Positions 47,605 to 52,245 of a stretch of DNA of 52,245 bases are shown here, in pieces. Source of the DNA: a virus (taxonomy: Duplodnaviria; Caudoviricetes); the IMG/VR virus record IMGVR_UViG_3300030106_004934, positions 1 to 52,245 of that record. One strand, given 5' to 3'. Numbering within the stretch: the first letter of the stretch is position 1; each line of letters starts with the position of its first letter. The notes beneath the pieces were generated by a model. The model had not been told where the DNA came from and did not search any database. It saw only the letters and a program-made list of their open reading frames with translations. The position numbers and the translations under genes are program-made.

Positions 47605-48417
47605 TTAAGCGCAAATTGCGTTAATTAAACCGTCTGTTATAGTTGCATTTTGATTATATGATGCTAATGTTGGTTTCTTTTTATGCCACAATACATCTGT
47701 AGCAGAATTGAGTAATCCCCAACCATTAGTATCTGAGTAATATTTGCCATTAGGATCTAGGAATTTATCAGTTATTTCACCCCATACACCTGTTGGTATA
47801 TCTTTAAGGAAATTGTGTCTAATATTACCTAAATTCTTTGACGTAACTCTATAATCATTTAACTCTCTAATGCCTTTAATCATAGTATTAACATTATCAT
47901 TATCACCATCTTGAGTAAAGTTTATCATATGAACCATAGATTCTAATTGTTTATCCCAGTCCTCAGATCCAGGATTGTGTCTAAATCTATAGTTTTGTAG
48001 ATACTGTTTACTCATCATTCCATTAGTGCATATTAATCTATAAAGCATTAATGAAAATCCAAATGATCTTGAACCATCATAACTATTCCAAAATTGTATG
48101 CCTAAGTTTAATTTATCTAGTTGATCGTCTTCTACAGTATAATCTACACTTGCTATACTATCTACTGCTTTATATGCTAACATAAAATTCTTACCATTAA
48201 AGAATTCTTTATCTAATTCAAAGTTAACAGCAGAACTACTCAATAAATCTTCTGCTATATCTTTAACATCTTGATTAGGTAATAATAGATAGTTTTGCCC
48301 TACTACACCAGCTTCTTTCCATCCTTTATCTTCATCGTATCTTTGGACAGCATAAGCTGATGATTGTATACCACTATAATCAAGCGGTACTTTTCTTATT
48401 TCTTGATATGGATTCAT
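47605..48417 (-). CDS. DUF932-family protein
   Basis: GVVG.NY..L.N, WNSYDGS, RLICTNGM, RH, WGLLNSAT. Confidence 0.85.
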   Translation of the reverse strand: MNPYQEIRKVPLDYSGIQSSAYAVQRYDEDKGWKEAGVVGQNYLLLPNQDVKDIAEDLLSSSAVNFELDKEFFNGKNFMLAYKAVDSIASVDYTVEDDQLDKLNLGIQFWNSYDGSRSFGFSLMLYRLICTNGMMSKQYLQNYRFRHNPGSEDWDKQLESMVHMINFTQDGDNDNVNTMIKGIRELNDYRVTSKNLGNIRHNFLKDIPTGVWGEITDKFLDPNGKYYSDTNGWGLLNSATDVLWHKKKPTLASYNQNATITDGLINAICA

Positions 48418-48436
48418 AATCCCCCCTTAAGTTTAG

Positions 48437-48499
48437 TAGAGAGTTAAGCGTTAAGTATGTACGGCGTACACTGCCTTTCACCGCTCACCTAACTCTCTA
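48437..48499 (-). promoter_or_regulatory. Intergenic stem-loop
   Basis: TAGAGAGTTA/TAACTCTCTA stem enclosing AGCG/CGCT and TGTACG/CGTACA. Confidence 0.5.
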
Positions 48500-48504
48500 A
48501 TTGT

Positions 48505-50238
48505 TTATCCTATTACTGAATTATTTACTGGTAATTGCAGATCAAGGTTTTCTCTTTCTCTATTAGCTGTACATTCTAACTTTAAAGATTTGATTAAATT
48601 GTCATCATCTTTAAATGGAGTTAGCGATAATACTTTATTAGCATTATATGCAACTCTAAATGAGCCTTTAGAAGAAGCTATATTCATACCTTCTGTAAAA
48701 GCTGATTTAGTTATTTCTGATACAGCAAAGACAATAATATTATTTTGTACAGCAAGTTCCATCAATGCTTGAGAAACTTCTTCTACTTTCATATTATTAT
48801 CGTGTTTTTGAGATTTAAATAGACCCATATGATCTACAACAACTATTTCAGGTTTTCGAGGTAACATTAATATTCTTTTATGTAATTCTTGAGGATAACA
48901 AGTACTATAATCTACAGTTAACCATTCAAAATCCTTACTTATACCATTTGCATATTTGCTATAGTATTCTTTTAGTTGTTCTTCTGACCATTTGTTTTCT
49001 ATCATTACAAATCTCATCCACATTTGTCTTGGACTCATTTCCATTTCCATAAAATATGTATTACGTTTGAATCTATTAACTAAATTCTGTAATAACATTG
49101 TTTTCATAGATTTAGGTGGAGCTTGTAATATAACTACTTCACCAGGATATACAGGAAATGTTTGTCCCCATGGCTCACCAATATCTATAGGATTATGATT
49201 AGTGCTTAAGAAATCTACTAATTCTTTTTCCATAGATTTAGCATCCATAGTATTTTGTGATACTTTTGATTTATATAATCTGCAAGTTGATTGACAATGT
49301 TTATCCATATGAACGTCACTACATCCGTAATTATAACCATTACCATTATGACCTTCATAACAATCGGTAACTATTTTATCCATCTCAGCTTTACTAAATG
49401 GATGTGATGCAATATCTACTCTTTGTCGCCAATCTTCCATTACCAGTCTTACAACATGTTCTGGATATCTCCATCTTAGAAACGCACCAATACGCAATGC
49501 TATTTGATGCCTTGAACCTTGAGCACTGCCTTCCATCATCTTTTGAATACACGGATACCACACAGGATCAGGATTTTTTCCTAATGATATTGATTCAAAC
49601 TTCTTATCACTTGCTTTACTTTTTCTTTCTAATACATCAAATACAGGCTCACATTCCAATGTAGTCCATTTATTAGTTACTCTTTTTGTTTTAGCTAACT
49701 CTTGTATTTCTTCTACAGGTCTATGTAATTCTTCTAAACTTATAGGTATTTTCCATAATTTAGATTTACTATTCAATGTATTTACAACTCTGATGATTCT
49801 AGTTTTATCAGAAACTGATGGATCTGCATATTCATATATACCTCTAGCCTTTAATTCATCCTTGACTTTTAAATGCAAGTCTGGACATGGCTTCCATCTG
49901 AAAGCATCGCCTGGTATTCCTAAATGAAACCCTGTTCCTGAAAAGTATATACGATAAGGTATACATAAATCATCTAACTCTATAGTCAGTGCTATAGTTT
50001 TATCTTTAGCTTGTTTAGGATTAACACCATCAACATCTAAGATAAATTCATCTGGCATATATAGCATACCATCATATCCAGATAGACTTTCTTTTTCTTT
50101 TACATAATCAACTACATGAGAATCATAATCCCACAAAGACATAAATGTATCTTGAGCCATACCTGCGTATTTCTCAACATCACTTACATCTCCAAAATGA
50201 TGTCTATTAGCTAATCCAAATGCATACTCTTTAATCAT
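48505..50238 (-). CDS. AEP primase(-polymerase) / helicase fusion
   Basis: LDVD, FSGTGFH, RIIRV.NT; Cys-rich middle domain; APPKSMKT and VVVDH helicase motifs. Confidence 0.85.
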   Translation of the reverse strand: MIKEYAFGLANRHHFGDVSDVEKYAGMAQDTFMSLWDYDSHVVDYVKEKESLSGYDGMLYMPDEFILDVDGVNPKQAKDKTIALTIELDDLCIPYRIYFSGTGFHLGIPGDAFRWKPCPDLHLKVKDELKARGIYEYADPSVSDKTRIIRVVNTLNSKSKLWKIPISLEELHRPVEEIQELAKTKRVTNKWTTLECEPVFDVLERKSKASDKKFESISLGKNPDPVWYPCIQKMMEGSAQGSRHQIALRIGAFLRWRYPEHVVRLVMEDWRQRVDIASHPFSKAEMDKIVTDCYEGHNGNGYNYGCSDVHMDKHCQSTCRLYKSKVSQNTMDAKSMEKELVDFLSTNHNPIDIGEPWGQTFPVYPGEVVILQAPPKSMKTMLLQNLVNRFKRNTYFMEMEMSPRQMWMRFVMIENKWSEEQLKEYYSKYANGISKDFEWLTVDYSTCYPQELHKRILMLPRKPEIVVVDHMGLFKSQKHDNNMKVEEVSQALMELAVQNNIIVFAVSEITKSAFTEGMNIASSKGSFRVAYNANKVLSLTPFKDDDNLIKSLKLECTANRERENLDLQLPVNNSVIG

Positions 50239-50247
50239 ATTATCTCC

Positions 50248-50553
50248 TTAAAATGGTATATCTTCGTCAGTAAACTCTTTATACATTTTACCCATTTCAC
50301 CATTTGTAGGTCTAATCTGACTTAATTTCCAAGTCTGCTGTCTATTTTTTCTAGCAAGTTTTTCTACTACTATTATACCATCAGTTCTCATTCTTCTAAA
50401 CTCTCTAGTATATGTTTCTGTACTTCCTAGAAATTTTCCAAACTCAGCTTTACCTTCAAACGATAATCCCTGTATATCTGATGTTTTGAATGTCCTAACT
50501 GGGGAATGCTCTAAAGTTTCTAACTTTCTTGTAATATGCTCTCTAACTGTCAT
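50248..50553 (-). CDS. Putative winged-helix DNA-binding protein
   Basis: ETYTREFRRMR..G...W pattern; acidic DEDIPF tail; SD. Confidence 0.55.
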   Translation of the reverse strand: MTVREHITRKLETLEHSPVRTFKTSDIQGLSFEGKAEFGKFLGSTETYTREFRRMRTDGIIVVEKLARKNRQQTWKLSQIRPTNGEMGKMYKEFTDEDIPF

Positions 50554-50674
50554 AATTTCTCCTTTAATTTTACCTATTTATTCCGACACGACACCCGTGT
50601 TGCGTTACCCGCATCTCCTAAGATTCCCAACAGAATATTTAGGATATTAGTAAACCCGACTAATCCAGGTCATC

Positions 50675-51220
50675 CTAAAATTGGTTAGCAAACGGTTCAT
50701 TGTTTACACCATTAGGCGTAGGTATTGCTGCTAATTTTGCTTTTAAGCTTTTATCAGCACTATTCTTAATAGAATCTACATCACCTGGTGTAAAAGACAA
50801 GTGTTCTCCAACTTGAGCAATAGGCGCTATTCTATCTAATACTCTATTATATTTTGGATTTTTTGGATCTTTATATAATAATATATTAATAGTTTTGCCT
50901 ATTAATCCTTTTGGATCATCATCATATTGAATGATTGGATGCTTTCCATTAGGATCTTTTAGCACACTTACTATACCAGCAGCAGCATATTTGAATACAT
51001 TAGCTACATTGAACTCTTCTTTAGTAGTCTTATTAAATACTTCATAGACTCTTAAGTTCATACTATCAGGATAATCATTAAACCATACATCTATAAAGTT
51101 TTTTGTATCTCCTGTTGGGGCTTCATAAACACCATATTCTGCTTTAGATATAGTTACTTCATGCCACCCTTCTTCAAAACTACTCCCACCAGTGGAAGCT
51201 GACATTGTTTTAATTGCCAT
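50675..51220 (-). CDS. Putative ssDNA-binding protein (DUF669-like)
   Basis: EGWHEVTISKAE...LIGK; lies between ERF and primase genes. Confidence 0.55.
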   Translation of the reverse strand: MAIKTMSASTGGSSFEEGWHEVTISKAEYGVYEAPTGDTKNFIDVWFNDYPDSMNLRVYEVFNKTTKEEFNVANVFKYAAAGIVSVLKDPNGKHPIIQYDDDPKGLIGKTINILLYKDPKNPKYNRVLDRIAPIAQVGEHLSFTPGDVDSIKNSADKSLKAKLAAIPTPNGVNNEPFANQF

Positions 51221-51232
51221 AGTTTCTCCTTA

Positions 51233-51703
51233 TTATTTATCAGTTAACTGTATTGAATTACCATCATCGTCTGTTTGTGCTATACCTATCATTGCAGATA
51301 AAGCAAATCTTCTAGCATAAGTGATTGTTGCACCTACACCTTGAGCATCAGGCTTAGTAATGGGCATTTTCAATTTTGATTTAATCCATTGACCCGAATG
51401 ATGTAATAACATAGTAGTTACATAAAACGAACCATTCTCATCAGTATCATTTCCTTGAATAACAGAAATTCCCTGTGCATTCAAATGTGGTAATGATGAC
51501 TCTATTACTGTATGCAAATCAGCATAATTAGATTTAAAGAAAGGATTAACAGAATTCTTTTTAGCGCCTTTCATTTTAGATTGTGCTATTGCTAATGATT
51601 TTCCTAATTGATCTATTTCTTTTGATTTCCATGATTCCTGTCTTCTTTCATTAAACACAGGTTTAGGGACAGTTATCCCATCTTTTTTATTACTTTCTTC
51701 CAT
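51233..51703 (-). CDS. erf: ERF-family ssDNA annealing protein
   Basis: NPFFKSNYADL, H.SGQW, Q.VGATITYARRFALSAMIGI...DDDG; start placed at ATG 51703 after AAGGAG. Confidence 0.9.
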   Translation of the reverse strand: MEESNKKDGITVPKPVFNERRQESWKSKEIDQLGKSLAIAQSKMKGAKKNSVNPFFKSNYADLHTVIESSLPHLNAQGISVIQGNDTDENGSFYVTTMLLHHSGQWIKSKLKMPITKPDAQGVGATITYARRFALSAMIGIAQTDDDGNSIQLTDK

Positions 51704-51729
51704 TAATTTCTCCTTTTTGAGGGGTTTAT

Positions 51730-51758
51730 AATTTACTAAAAGCGGGCAAATATTCCAA
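51730..51758 (-). promoter_or_regulatory. Putative sigma70-type promoter of the replication operon
   Basis: TTGGAA-17 bp-TAAATT upstream of erf. Confidence 0.45.
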
Positions 51759-51841
51759 GCTATAATGATGAGAACTTGCACATTTTGTCATCCAAGACTC
51801 CTACAAGCTCCCACCATTAAGTTTATACAAGCTTTTTTTTC

Positions 51842-51935
51842 GTTTAATAGTAGTGCTCATACCTTGTGCGAACAATTATGAGTTCCTGGAATAAACTTAG
51901 TGTAACTTCTCAGGACTGCTACTAAACTAGTTACA
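51842..51935 (-). ncRNA. Candidate pseudoknotted RNA
   Basis: TGTAACT/AGTTACA crosses GTTTAGTAGCAGT/ACTACTATTAAAC; plus TCCTG/CAGGA and CTCATA/TATGAG. Confidence 0.45.
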
Positions 51936-52156
51936 TACTTGTAATTATATAATATTGGGGAGTGACCTTTTCCTATACATTGTATAATGCCTTCGTGTCT
52001 TCTAACATTATACTTCTCTGTTACACACACTCAATAGTATAGTGTTATTCAAGCATATAACACCCACTCCCTCCGCTTATTTGATGTATGTCCCTTGCCT
52101 AATTGTTAAAGGTATTAAGCTAGCCTTAGGCCCGTCATTTACATCAAAGTGTGTTT

Positions 52157-52245
52157 CTTTAAAATATTTTTCTTGGTACTTGCCATCCAAGATGTAGGTT
52201 TGATATTTTTAAGCCAATCCTGAACTGTTGGAATGAATCCTAAAT
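52157..52245. repeat. Terminal direct repeat / circular assembly overlap, copy 2
   Basis: Matches 1-89 with 2 mismatches. Confidence 0.95.

Noticed and set aside
51704-51781. N-terminal extension of ERF in the ORF track
   Set aside because: It overlaps the predicted promoter; ATG 51703 has an AAGGAG SD
51842-51935. Canonical HDV/theta ribozyme
   Set aside because: No P3 stem, no G at the P1 start and no clear catalytic C strand

Overview
This AT-rich window looks like a complete, circularly assembled genome of a lytic podovirus-like tailed phage. The first 89 bp recur at the end with 2 mismatches, giving a unit length of about 52,156 bp. The + strand arm (about 5.6-44.9 kb) encodes terminases, an M15 endolysin, portal, scaffold, major capsid, adaptor/tail proteins and several large internal virion proteins. 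The largest of these (3079 aa) carries an RQP...DADYDFD signature suggesting a crAss-like, virion-packaged, single-chain double-psi-barrel RNA polymerase. The - strand arm (44.9 kb, across the junction, to 5.2 kb) encodes an ERF recombinase, a putative SSB, a primase-helicase, DUF932, a spore-photoproduct-lyase-like radical SAM enzyme, a resolvase, a DUF6878/DUF6915 pair, many tiny ORFs and an atypical tRNA-Met(CAU). I recognised no DNA polymerase, integrase or CRISPR array. The most striking unexplained features are the putative virion RNAP in a small, Shine-Dalgarno-rich genome and a large set of non-coding stems and pseudoknots (2.05-2.6, 3.55-4.65, 5.34-5.46, 22.6, 47.5, 48.4, 50.6 and 51.8-52.1 kb). 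All family calls are by eye from motifs and synteny; no searches were run.
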